Source of the DNA: Magallana gigas
Lineage: Eukaryota
Reading direction: 5' to 3'
NCBI RefSeq assembly: GCF_963853765.1
Contig: NC_088860.1
Location: 2,914,001 to 2,978,000 of the forward strand
Length of the DNA stretch: 64,000 nucleotides
Below, piece by piece: positions 51,801 to 62,365 of the stretch. Numbering within the stretch: the stretch's first letter is position 1; the number at the start of each line of letters is the position of its first letter. The translations under genes were made by a program, and so were the position numbers. The notes below the pieces were generated by a model. The model was not told where the DNA came from and searched no databases. It was given only the letters and a program-made list of their open reading frames with translations.

Positions 51801-53346
51801 GATGGATGGACGACGGACAACAGGTGATCAGAAAAGCTCACTTAAACCTAAGGTTCAGGTGAGCTAAAAATGAATCCAACTTTACGGCAAGCCCAAACAA
51901 AGAGTGTATTAAAATTTCAAGCATCTGCGATAAAAAAATTGCTGGGAAATCTTTGACAAACATTTGCTAAAAAATTTGGGCTAATAATAAACAGTCTTCA
52001 TTTAAAGGAAGTTGATGTCCAAATTGTACAAAATATAATCCCACCATATGACACATGAAAACAAAGAGTGTGTTAAATTTTCAAGCATCTGCAAAATCTT
52101 TGATGAAAATTTGTAACGGACACACAGACACACAGACATACAGAAACACAAGGGAAAAACAGTATACCCCTTCTCCATATGAGCAGGAGGTTTAAAAAGT
52201 AGACATATACCGTAGTTAATTCAGTTAATACTGGATAAGCAGACATCTGCGGTTTGATCGATAGACCTTGATATAGATAACTAGACATTGAGTATAAGTG
52301 CAGACCACAGTTGATGAGTTTTGTGAAGACTCCAAGACATTGAGATAGTGATTAAACATTGAGATGAATATGTAGACATTGAGTTAGATCAGTAGACATT
52401 ACATATGATGAGTACAGACCACAGTTGATGAGTTTGGTGAGGAATCGTGGGGCATGTCTCCTCCACAGCCTGAGGACCACATCCTCCCACTGAATCATTC
52501 TCCCGAGGACCAGGAGGACTGGGATGAGGGGCATACTGATCAGCAACAGCAGCTTGTTCTCCACCTCTTCCATGAAAGTGTAACCCTCGTCCGTGCCCAT
52601 CACCTGTGATCATAATCAGTTATCAAAGAGACGATGAATCTACCTACCACCTGTATACATACTTAAAATCACATTGCTTTTATATGTATCATATTAGTCA
52701 TGAAAATTAAAAGACAAGTGAACAAAGTACCTGCAAGGCTCTTTCTTACCTGTAGGACTACAATAAATCCGTAGGTAAAGGCCGTCCAATACACTCCCCC
52801 ACAGAACAGCAGGCCCATTCCAAACGGACATGCGTGTTGGATCATTTTATCTACTGAGTCAACTACTTTCAAAATTGGACCTACAAAACATCTTGTTACA
52901 TTTAACACTGATAATTTGATTGTTACTGCTGTTTGGTAAAATACAGTAAAGCCTCAAACTCTCTGCTGTATTTGTAAACTGTGAGGAGGGTGATGCCTTA
53001 CCAAACTCTGGGAACACAATGATGTAGCGGGTCCCACACTGGGGGCAGCACACCTCCGCTGAGCTGTTCCCTTTCTGTTTTTCGTCCACCCATCTCTGGA
53101 GACAGGTCTGGTGGACCCACTTGGTGGTGCCTCGACATCGGCAAGGCTTGACCCACTTAGCCTCATAGTCATCCTCCACTGTTGCAAAGCAAACCCAGCA
53201 ACACTTCCTGTAAAAAGAAATAATCTGTAGAGACCACTGGAAGATATAACTTACTCGGTTTTAATTTTACCTCAGTCTACTGATCCAGACATGATGCAGT
53301 ATTGTCATAGTAATAAATCTATTTAAAAGAAGGCTTACCTAGGCAT
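42866..53346 (-). CDS. MARCHF5: Mitochondrial E3 ubiquitin ligase MARCH5/MITOL (about 278 aa), 6 coding exons
   Basis: Exons 53346-53339 (ATGCCTAG), 53207-53002, 52880-52750, 52603-52420, 48037-47874 and 43009-42866. RING-CH: CWVCFAT..WVKPCRCRGTTKWVHQTCLQRWVDEKQKGN..CPQC. Further motifs are MIQWEDVVLRLWR, VSATRIVCGA and GGIAFIAFKGAIKIYYKQQQYIRQ. The first exon and the exon-4 donor (GTCTGT) are less certain. Confidence 0.92.
43226..43595 (+). mobile_element. 5' fragment of a Helentron-like satellite-bearing element, interrupting a TACTGTA-type MITE that starts near 43108
   Basis: Starts aaacaagagatgtttgtgaaacac. About two units of taagtc.aaggggcataactct.tcgaaaattgct..tttcatttcaata follow, then it is truncated. 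Confidence 0.6.
44398..47085 (+). mobile_element. Helentron/HINE-like element carrying an AT-rich low-complexity block and a 177-bp tandem array
   Basis: The 5' taagctcaccgagacg is inverted relative to the 3' cgtctcggtgagcta. A (gacgcc)n microsatellite precedes the 3' end. The 177-bp period is seen at 46321/46498/46675/46852. atacaatat-type low complexity spans about 44560-45500. Confidence 0.75.
48150..49125. repeat. 16-bp minisatellite (gagat[ag]gatctat[gt/aa]t), about 60 copies, grading into a roughly 20-bp gagatagatcagtagatatt variant to about 49470
   Basis: Direct inspection of the tandem units. Confidence 0.92.
49906..51310. mobile_element. TIR element (about 60-bp TIRs, probable 8-bp TSD) nested in the Helentron-like element
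   Basis: catcttcgctagccaagggttttcagtccactttgctccccataaacccttggcggatttc and its inverse ending at 51310. The flanks are tgttcttg and agttcttg (7 of 8 identical). Confidence 0.82.
50185..50768. mobile_element. MITE nested inside the 49906-51310 element
   Basis: TIRs caaaggactaagtgcggt and accgcacatagtcctttg (1 mismatch), with an internal inverted pair gagcgcaggcttgctcaag / cttgagcagacctgcgctc. Confidence 0.75.
51885..52198 (+). mobile_element. 3' fragment of another Helentron-like element
   Basis: Two aaagagtgt.ttaaa.tttcaagcatctgc units, a (cacaga)n microsatellite, and a terminal cccttctcc..aggaggt hairpin-like end before an A-run. Confidence 0.55.
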
Positions 53347-53607
53347 TGCCTGCTGCCGAAACCATTCATGTAAATATATATTTGCACAATTAAGTATGTT
53401 CAAATCAAATCAAGTCTATCTAAAACATCCATACATCTGCATTAAAGTAGTATAAACATGGATAATATGTAAACGGTGTGACCGTTGGACCGATCGCAGA
53501 TTTAACACAGTGCAGTTTGATTTTTGTAGAATAAAATTTATTTGAAATGCACACAGTAGGATCCGCCTGGTTGCCTACTCAAAGCATTAGGCAAAGTTTA
53601 ACGAAAC

Positions 53608-53637
53608 GTCACGTGCTCAGTCTACATTATGACGTCA
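53608..53637. promoter_or_regulatory. E-box/CLEAR-like GTCACGTG and full CRE TGACGTCA upstream of MARCH5
   Basis: gtcacgtgc at 53608 and tgacgtca at 53630, about 260-290 bp upstream of the MARCH5 ATG in the divergent MARCH5/BORCS7 interval. Confidence 0.45.
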
Positions 53638-55040
53638 TGTTTCAAACGTTATACACGTTTTGTCTTCGGAAATAGCCGAAGAGAGTTATTCCGAACTTTT
53701 TTTTTTATTTCTTCTTTCATTGTTTATCAATTTAATTCATATAAATGCCGCGGTAATAAAATTGAATACTTTAATCAGTATCTAAAAGACCAGTTCCTTG
53801 ATATTAATGTTTTTATTTTCCATCTGATAATTTGGTAAGACATACATAGAACTAGTCGTGTTTCTTGACTGAATCACTATTGAAACTTATCCCGTGTCCT
53901 CTTTTATTTCTTTTGATTCAAATTACCTTCTATTTAAATACTGGAACATTTTAATCGAGTTTAGGGGCAATAAACATCGATAAGTACCGGTCAATCAATG
54001 ATCGAACTAACTTTTTAAAAACAAAATGGCTGCCAATATGGCGGTGCCCAGGGCTGAAAGAAAATTTTTTGGCCTTAGTACCCCTGATTCAACTTTCATT
54101 TTTCACTGATTTTCTTATATATACGTGTTACCATTAATCCTCGCTTCGCGAGGCGGGCTTCACCCGCCTCTCGCTGCGCTCGGTATTATAATGAGGGAAA
54201 TCTACTTCTCTATGTATTGATTATCATTAGTCTATAATGTCCAAAAGGAATATAAAATCAGTAAATGAACATTTTCATGTTTAGATGAGAGCAAATGTTC
54301 AAAGTCTTTGCATAAAATTTCAAGAAGCAAATATTGTTTATTTTGCAGAACTAATATTTTCGTGAATCTAGCTAAAATTAAGTTCACAAGTTAGCAAGTT
54401 TCTGCTTCCACCACTTTTCTATAATCATGAATACCTTTGTGTGTAATCACCCAAACTGACTGTACCCAAACAGACTTGTAATCAAATGGTCCGGTCGTAT
54501 CCAATACTCTACGGTCCACTCGTATCCAAACATTTGATTACAACTTCACCAGTCAACGTGTATGCACGATAAAATAAAATGAGTTAAAGTCAACTCATAT
54601 CCAAACTAATTTGTACCCAAAGAGACTCGTAATCAAATAGTCCAGCCGTACCTAAAACTTTGATTACGACTTCACTAGTCGGCTTGTACCCACAAACAAT
54701 ATATTGATATCATCATAATAAGAAAATAAAATTGTGTTATTGTGTATAGTTAATACACCCCCTGTATGAAACAAGCGCCTGTGTGGTGGAGGCAGAAACT
54801 TGGGACAGGGTGTACTGCAGTAGTACCTGGTACATAATTATCTACCTTAACCAGTTAGCAGCTACAAACTGAAAATATTAACAATATAAAACACGCACCG
54901 TTCTTCTTCAGATGAAAGACGACTGTAAGCCATTTTCTTGGACTAAACTTGTTCTTTTCATTAAGTTAAGAGGCTTCCATATTTCATCATTCAACCGGCT
55001 GCACTACAGTAGATTTTTCTTTGCTCTTCGTTGAAAAACA

Positions 55041-55049
55041 CCGGAAGTG
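55041..55049 (+). promoter_or_regulatory. ETS/GABP-type motif CCGGAAGTG upstream of BORCS7
   Basis: Exact ccggaagtg about 240 bp upstream of the BORCS7 ATG. Confidence 0.4.
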
Positions 55050-55284
55050 AAAAGTGCACTATAATTGGAAGATCCGGACAGGCATATGTAGGATAATGTT
55101 ACAACTTATTAATTTTATGTAAACATTCAGCTATTTTTTAGCACAGTTTGAGAATTTTTACCATTTTTTTTAAGGAGCAAACTTATCACTGGTTGTTTTC
55201 GCTGCTGCTGTTCTGAGATCCTGATCCTTGGAGCTTTGGAGTCATTGGTTGTTTATCTTCACTTTGTGATTTATCATCTCTCCA

Positions 55285-55588
55285 ATGAACTGGAATCAAG
55301 AAACAAAAAATAGACTTAACGAAAAAGTAGCACAAAATGTACAAGATGTGGGGTCACTCGTGAGACATGTAGTTAAAACATCTCGATCCAGTGAGGTAGG
55401 AACGCCCATTCGTCGTTAGAATTTCCTCTGTTAATTTTTGTTTTTCTGTTTTCCCTTTTGGGTATATTCATTTTATGTTAATCATGCATTGTTGTTGTAG
55501 CTGTTGGCACAAGCTGCGAAGAATTTTTCATGTCAAGAGAATGTCATTCACAATTCATCAGAGGTACTCTCTCTCTCTCTCTCTCCCT

Positions 55589-55639
<51 letters not shown>

Positions 55640-57263
55640 CTCTAAAAAAAAAATAATGAACAAAGTTCTTGTCTGTATGTGGGGCATTGTGATTCAGGGG
55701 GAAAAACTCAGGCCTGGGAGGTGACCCAGCCTTGATTTGTCTAATGTTTATTATCTTTTATTTTGCAGTCATTAAAGAAGATGGTAACAATTAAAACTCA
55801 GCTGGAGTATCAGTAAGTTCAAACCTGATTTTTCTATTTAAAGAAGCATGTTCATGATTTTTATCAAAAGAACTATTATAATATGATATGAGTTAAATTT
55901 GCCCCCCCCCCCCCCCATAATTGCCATTTCCTTTTATTAAGTGTTTCTGGTACAATAAATGTTATGTTATATTTTAGAGTTGATGTAAAATATATTATTC
56001 ACCTGTTTATTTGATTTATTTGCACTCACTGGCAGTATATGACATCAGAAGTGATCAATGCTATTTTTATAATACAATCAAAATCAGTAAAAAATTAACA
56101 TTTTTCTAATCTTTTTATTAATAGATCGAAAATATAGAGCGCATGCTTGAATAAGGAATTTTTTTGTCACTTATTAGCTTTGGCTAGATACATCTTGGAT
56201 TAAAAATATTTTGTTTGTTAAAGCATGCGCTCTATGTTTTCTGAAAGAAAAACTGCTTGAAAATAAGCTGTTTATGCTAAAAATGCAAAAATGGCGGCAT
56301 GGGCGGGAAAATGTTGTCTTTACGATGTCATAATTCTAAATTCTGGGCAGTTGAATCAAAATGAACATTATGTAAAAACATTACATATATATCTGTACAA
56401 AGAAAACAAAGAATTACAATAAAATGATGATTTTAGGGGGCCATTTTAGGCCCAAATCATATATAGTCCTTCACTCCTCAAATTTTATATTTACAATGCT
56501 TTAGTGAGGTATTTCCAATGGATGTCCAAAATTTTAGCATCAGTTGTTAAGTTATTCCAAGCATTTGACACCCAGGGATCTTAAAATTGTGAAATCCCAT
56601 TTTTTTTTGTATGGGACTATGACCCCCTCCCCCCCCCCCCCCCCCCCCACCCACACACACACACACCTGAACAGCTAGTTTCTTTTTTTATATAATATAC
56701 TGTAAGTAAATACAATCTATGAAAGAATATGATCCAGTAATGTATTTTCTTTCTTCTTTTTTTACAGAGAATCTGCAATAGAGAGAAGGTAATATCCATT
56801 TTATGATCCATTGTTTTCATCAATCACTATGTTTGTTCAACCTATGACATTCCCACTCTCAATATACAGATTTATATTGTGATGTTTGATCCTTAACGAC
56901 AGTATGTAAAGTGCATACTGTATATGTTTTATTTTTGTCCCTTTCACCCTCGTTGTTGAATTTAAAACAATTTTTAAATAATTGTGTTCATTAGAGAAAA
57001 AGTATCTATTTCTAACAGCGCACAGGTGATTTCAAGATGGGACGAAACCGTTTTGCAAGTGTAGAGGTGCGAAAATAACATGGGGTGAAAATAACACTGT
57101 ACAGTGTGTTGGGTCTCTTAAAAATTAGTTTATAGTAATCATATTTTTTAAAGAGAGACCATTAATTTTTCATACCAATTTTATGGTAATTGTTACGTGT
57201 TCCTGTTACAGCATGAGCACTCTGTCAGACATACAAGAACAGCTGAATTCCATCAACAGATGA
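55285..57263 (+). CDS. BORCS7: BLOC-1-related complex subunit 7 (96 aa), 5 short exons; absent from the ORF track
   Basis: Exons 55285-55395, 55501-55563, 55769-55812, 56768-56788 and 57212-57263, all GT-AG, splice to MNWNQETKNRLNEKVAQNVQDVGSLVRHVVKTSRSSELLAQAAKNFSCQENVIHNSSESLKKMVTIKTQLEYQESAIERSMSTLSDIQEQLNSINR. This matches the recalled BORCS7 motif SRSSELLGQAARN..SLRKM..LQYQ..DLQDQLN. Confidence 0.88.
55567..55626. repeat. (CT)n microsatellite directly after the BORCS7 exon-2 donor
   Basis: Long ctctct run with a ccct interruption. Confidence 0.9.
56060..56470. mobile_element. Partial MITE related to the 50185-50768 family
   Basis: Internal inverted pair agagcgcatgctt / aagcatgcgctct, ending aaatcatatatagtcctt, similar to the ..atagtccttt terminus at 50768. 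Confidence 0.5.
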
Positions 57264-57624
57264 CGACCGCTTCTCATTAGTCTGACTTGGACAGAAGGAT
57301 CTACTCTTAAAGACAAAATGATGTACAAGTGTTCACACACCCATGGCACCTTCATGAAGAGGACCTGTTTTCATTGTTATTGAATCATTCAGATCTTACA
57401 CAGACTATGAACTGAAGCTGAAGATTCATTGTCCTTTAGAATTGTTGTAATGTATCATATGTGTGTTTATTAAAGTTTTCCAATATTGTTATATGTAATC
57501 TTACTTGTTGTGTAGTTTTGACTGGACTTATTGATAAGTACACAGATGTATGGTATGTGTGATAGTGTGAATATAGGCTCAATACTGCCACACTCCTACT
57601 AGCACTAGCTAGTGGGTTACCGGT

Positions 57625-57725
57625 AACTCTTTGGCACAGTCGGTAGAGCGTTGGTTTTTAAACTGAAGGGTCCAGAGTTCGAGCCTACTTGTGATCATTC
57701 CTCCTCTTCTGTTACATTGGTGCCA
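57625..57725 (+). mobile_element. tRNA-derived SINE head
   Basis: tggcacagtcggtagagcg (A-box-like) and gagttcgagcc (B-box-like), but no pairing acceptor or anticodon stems. Confidence 0.6.
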
Positions 57726-59094
57726 AATGTGGGTAGATTGAAGAGTCTCATGTGGTTTACTAGGGAGATAAAAATCTCAAAAGAAAACGGGGAAGAATGC
57801 AAATGACTACTGTCATATAGAGGGTATATTTTGTTTTATGCTTTTGATAATTCAATGGAGATCAATGAATGAAAACAAAAACACTTTTTCCTATTATTTT
57901 TTATTATTAATCCCAAGATTCTTAAAAGAATTAACAACAGTATTCAACTGTGTATACAATATATTAAATATTTGAAGAATATGAACATAGAAAATTAAAT
58001 ATCTATAGTATAGTAAATGGAAACCACATGACATTAAAGAAAAACATATTACATGGAGCACAGAATAAAAAGAATTAAACACTGATATGATTTGTCACAT
58101 TGATGGAGGATGAGGATTATGGAGGATTTAACAGCAGTAGTTGACACAAACACAATGTGCCCTTCTAATAAAAAAAAACATCATTACAGGTAAATGTCAT
58201 ATGGACCGCCAGAAAAAAACAAACAACAAATTAACAAAATGTTCAAAATATAATACTAGGAAAAAATTGGCCTTCTTCACGTCCTCCCCAAACAAACTCC
58301 TCTAGTTTGGTGCAATGAAAAGTCATCTTTCACAAATAATTTCAAAAAACATTGATAAATATAGAGTAAAGGCTTTGAATTTCATGGATTACCATGATTA
58401 TGGCTCTCCTTTGTATGATGCCAAGTCATTGAGTCCCAGTCGGGATAATTAAAATAAATATATTTATTAAAATTTCTTCAAATAACAAGTTTACTCATGA
58501 TAAGCAATGAAAAAAACAAGGTATAGGGTGCATGTACAATACTACATGTAGTATGGTATGTACAATGTATATATTAATATAATTTTTATATATTTTAAAA
58601 AATTGCAATGATGGAAACACAATTAAGACTTGTAAAGTGAACACTAATGTATCGCATGAATCAGTGAAACTATGTGACATGGATTTCAGTAGAACAAATA
58701 AATGTATCCCCTCCCCCTTTTTAAAAAAAATCGATTGTACAAAGTATCTCTTGGTAACATTAAAACAGGTGTCAAATGATTTCAAGATTATTTACACAGC
58801 TTGCCCAATTTTACCATACATAGAATATGATGAATTATTATACCCTTTTAAATACATGAAGTGCATATGATTGCCAAGATCTGTTCCAAGCTTCAATACG
58901 TTTGCTGAATTACAAATATCCTAAACAGTAAACGGATATTATATACAGTTATACTGTAAAAATGTAATGGTTATATAACTTGTGTACAATGAAGAGATGA
59001 CCATTATTTGTGTTTGTAATGTGCGTAAAGAAAGTACTAAAAGCATGTTGTTTGGTTAAATGCTAATGTAAAGCAAAGAGATTCAATGATTACT

Positions 59095-60483
59095 TTAAAC
59101 CAGCATACTCCTTCCCAAAAAATAGAGCTCAATGTCCTCCAGGGACTTTCCTTTTGTTTCTGGCAGGTACTTGGACACAAACATGACACCAAACAGGCAA
59201 CACACACCAAAGATCCAAAATGTGCCCGCTTGGCCAAAAAGTTCTTGAAACGCAATGAATTCTTTGGTTATAAGGAATGCACAGAACCAGTTGGTGAATG
59301 TGGCAATACCACTCGCTGCACCTCTTGCTGGGGCGGGGAAAATTTCTGACATCACCAACATAGGGATGGGTCCCCAGCCCAAGGAAAACCCAATAATGTA
59401 GATGATGAGACTCGTAATGGCCAGCCAGCTGATGTTTGCGTGAGTTCCAGAACTCATCCGATAGTAATAGTATCCAAATGTTGTGCACGTTAATGCCATG
59501 GTAGAGCCTGCGATGATAAGGAGTTTCTTCCTTCCCATTTTGTCCATCAAAAAGCAAGCTACTAGTGTGGCAATTACCTGAACTACGCCGATCACAACAG
59601 TAGCTAGTTCACTGTTTTTATATCCAGCACTTTGGAAAATTGACACTGTGTAAAACATAACTGCATTGATGCCACTAAATTGTTGGAAGAACATGATCAT
59701 GACTGAAATAAACAATGGTCGTGAGAGTTCGGGTTTTCTAAACTCTGAATATGAAAACGATGATCCTGATTCTTGCATGAATCCTTCTTCAATATCGCGA
59801 CATTCATCCTCGACATCTGTGTGTGGTCCTCGGAGGGCTGCCAAAGCCAGCAGGGCATCTTTTCGCCTGTTCTTTAGAATAAGGTATCGTGGTGTCTCAG
59901 GGATGCACACTAATAGCAATAACGCCAGCACTGAAGACATGGCGCCAAAGAGTGCCAGCATTGACCAGGAACAGGCCATTCCCAACGCATAAGCTGCTAC
60001 GATGCCAACTGTTATCGACAGCTGCATGCTTGCTCCAAGGAATCCTCGCAGCGTCTTTGTGGAAACCTCTGCAAGGTAGACAGGGGCTGCTACAGTAATC
60101 AGACCACTGGCAAATCCACACAAGGTTCTGCCAATGAAAAGACTCTTGATTCCGGAAGCAAACCCCGTCATCATCCAACCAACAAAGAAAACAGATGCCG
60201 CTATCGCTAAAGTTCGTTTCCTTCCATATTTCTCGATCAAATTCCCTCCACAGGGACCACCGAAGATTGCACCTACCGTCATCAAGGCACCGAACCATCC
60301 AGTTAAACTTTTCCCATCCAAGAGCTTTTCTTTCTCGAGTTTGGGAATAGCTGGTGAGCTATAACCAATGGTGAATCCAAATGTGAGAGGACCAAGACTT
60401 GCACATAACGCTGTCAGCAGCAGCCGAGACGGGGAACCTTGAAATTTAGTTGACGTACGAAGCGGACTTTCAAGCGACGACAT
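59095..60483 (-). CDS. Intronless class III sugar transporter (SLC2A8/SLC2A6, GLUT8-like; MFS sugar porter)
   Basis: 462-aa ORF with GFTIGYSSPAIP, GRK loops, PVYLAEVS..RGFLG, PETPR, QQFSGINAVMFY, DKMGRK, GWGPIPMLVMSEIFP and PETKGKSLE. Confidence 0.92.
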   Translation of the reverse strand: MSSLESPLRTSTKFQGSPSRLLLTALCASLGPLTFGFTIGYSSPAIPKLEKEKLLDGKSLTGWFGALMTVGAIFGGPCGGNLIEKYGRKRTLAIAASVFFVGWMMTGFASGIKSLFIGRTLCGFASGLITVAAPVYLAEVSTKTLRGFLGASMQLSITVGIVAAYALGMACSWSMLALFGAMSSVLALLLLVCIPETPRYLILKNRRKDALLALAALRGPHTDVEDECRDIEEGFMQESGSSFSYSEFRKPELSRPLFISVMIMFFQQFSGINAVMFYTVSIFQSAGYKNSELATVVIGVVQVIATLVACFLMDKMGRKKLLIIAGSTMALTCTTFGYYYYRMSSGTHANISWLAITSLIIYIIGFSLGWGPIPMLVMSEIFPAPARGAASGIATFTNWFCAFLITKEFIAFQELFGQAGTFWIFGVCCLFGVMFVSKYLPETKGKSLEDIELYFLGRSMLV

Positions 60484-60502
60484 GATGACAACAAGATCAA
60501 TC

Positions 60503-62365
60503 GGGAACGGGACGTTTCGCCCCTATTGACGTTTCGCGCTGAGACGTTTCGCTCCTAAAGACCTTTCGCTCTGAGACGTTTCGCACCTATATTATTTATT
60601 ATATATATTGCGATGTTTTCAGGCAAATATTATATATATATACATATATATATATGCATGTAATTAAAATTGACTTTATTGAAAACATATGTACAAATGA
60701 TCATGTTTAATGTGGTACATTCACTGATAATTTTAATAATGTAAAAAGCGATTATCCTATCCACGTTCAAATATAATTAATTGTTTAGCAATCATTATTA
60801 AGTGTCTGAATCGGTTTTCTAATTAAGATATTATAACTAATTTGGAGGCTCTCCATGTCAAGCTAAAGAGGAGAAATTAATTATGAGACGGGTGTTAATT
60901 ATGAGAACTAGCGGCTACATATGCGAAAATCCCTTCTCCATTTTCATCATCATCAATTCAGTGTTGAAGTTGAAAGATTCATCTGAGAATGTCTGGTAAG
61001 TAATATAAATTTGTTATAAGTTATTGTTAAAGCAATATGAGCTGTATTTTTTTTATAATTTAATTTTGCTGCAAAAACCTGCTAGTTTGATAAGTCTGTG
61101 TTTAACTTAAACTTTTATGATAAATAAGAATTGAATAAATCATTAATTTTTGTCAGTAGAATGATTTCTCTTCTAAGGAATATACAGCAGATAAATTGTT
61201 TGGACGAAGGTGCAGAACCTTGGGCTTGCGACAACCTTCAGGGAGAGGGAGACAACCCACGTCTTCATCAAACAGCTGATGGCATTGCCGTTCCTACCCT
61301 GGAATCATGTTGAGGACGTTTTCAACGTCATGACCAACAGATGTCCACCGCACCTAGAGGAGCTGGTAGGATACGTCAAGACTCAGTGGATGCAGAATCC
61401 AGTCTTCCCTATCCGATCCTGGAGCGTCTTTGACTTCAAAGTGAGAACCAACAACGATGTTGAAGGTATGCTATAAATATTTTGTTCACACTCAAATCTA
61501 TTACTTTTAAATTATTTTGTAAGTTTGAAGAATGAAAAATTCTCTATATGGCTAGAATAAGTCATTTTACTAAAGGTGAAAATTGTAGCTATAATTTATA
61601 TTCATTTGTTCTACGAGTAAGAATTTGTATATTTATTCACTATTTATTTTTCAGGTTGGCATCGCAGGATGAACGTGAAGGCCCAAGGACTCTCTCTTCC
61701 TTTATATCACCTGATCCCCCTGCTGCTGAGGGAAGCAGAGTTGGTGAAGACAAGGATCGCCGCATGTGACCTGGAGAGGAACGTGAGGCAGATAGTGACA
61801 ACCACGCAGAAGAAGATAGAAGATGCGGCAGCCAGATACATGGAGGACATCATCACCGCGTCCCATTTCCTGAAGGTCTGCGGATCTATCTAAGCTGGTG
61901 TGTTTGACGTTTGAGGTGCGATGTGATGTACTGTGATGTGCTGTGATGTTCTGTGAAACATTGTAAATATAATGAGTAAATATTAATATGAAATATATCG
62001 TAGTTCATCATATAAAAATTTATAACTATTTATATAATCTGATGTTAATATATATATATATATAATCATATATTAGAATAATTTGATAAGCCAAAGGTGT
62101 TAAAACTTATTTGGAGGCTCTCAATGGTAGGTTAATATCAATTTACTGTTACCACATAATTAAAAGCCGCAAAACATCTAAATCAAGCAATCATAATTAT
62201 GTGTCTCATCAAATTTCTAATTACCCTAAGGTGTTATAACTCATTATTTGGAGGCTCTCCATGCTGATATCAATTTACTGTTACCACATAATTAATAGGC
62301 GCGAAACATCTCGGGGCGAAACGTCTCAGCGCGAAAGGTCTTTAGGGGCGAACCGTCCCGCACTC
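60503..62365 (+). mobile_element. Internally deleted Mutator-like (MULE) DNA transposon, 1863 bp, 8-bp TSD GATCAATC
   Basis: TSD at 60495-60502 and 62366-62373. Imperfect TIRs gggaacgggacgtttcgccc / ggggcgaaccgtcccgcactc, with subterminal acgtttcgc repeats in inverted orientation at both ends. Confidence 0.88.
61195..61893 (+). pseudogene. C-terminal fragment of a MULE transposase (spliced)
   Basis: IVWTKVQNLGL..LMALPFLP..YVKTQWM..WSVF..RTNNDVEG|WHRRMN, with a GT-AG intron at 61466-61654. The TNN..EGWH motif carries the catalytic E. An in-frame stop lies just upstream and the first two catalytic Asp regions are absent. Confidence 0.85.

Larger units (their letters stand above)
49519..51870 (+). 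mobile_element. Helentron/HINE-like element with Cg170-type units of about 168 bp
   Basis: 5' aacaagag..atcgctcacctga and 3' ggacgacggacaacaggtgatcagaaaagctcactt..tcaggtgagctaaaaa. The repeat period is 168 (49604/49772). Similarity to oyster Cg170-bearing elements is recalled, not searched. Confidence 0.78.

Noticed and set aside
52352-52419. Read-through C-terminus of ORF 52352..52603 as the real end of MARCH5
   Set aside because: The conserved downstream exons (47874-48037 and 42866-43009) continue the protein in frame through a phase-1 donor at 52419.
57625-57725. Possible tRNA gene (also the reverse-strand copy near 33200-33275)
   Set aside because: A- and B-box-like motifs are present but the acceptor and anticodon stems do not pair, and the flanks look like SINE bodies.
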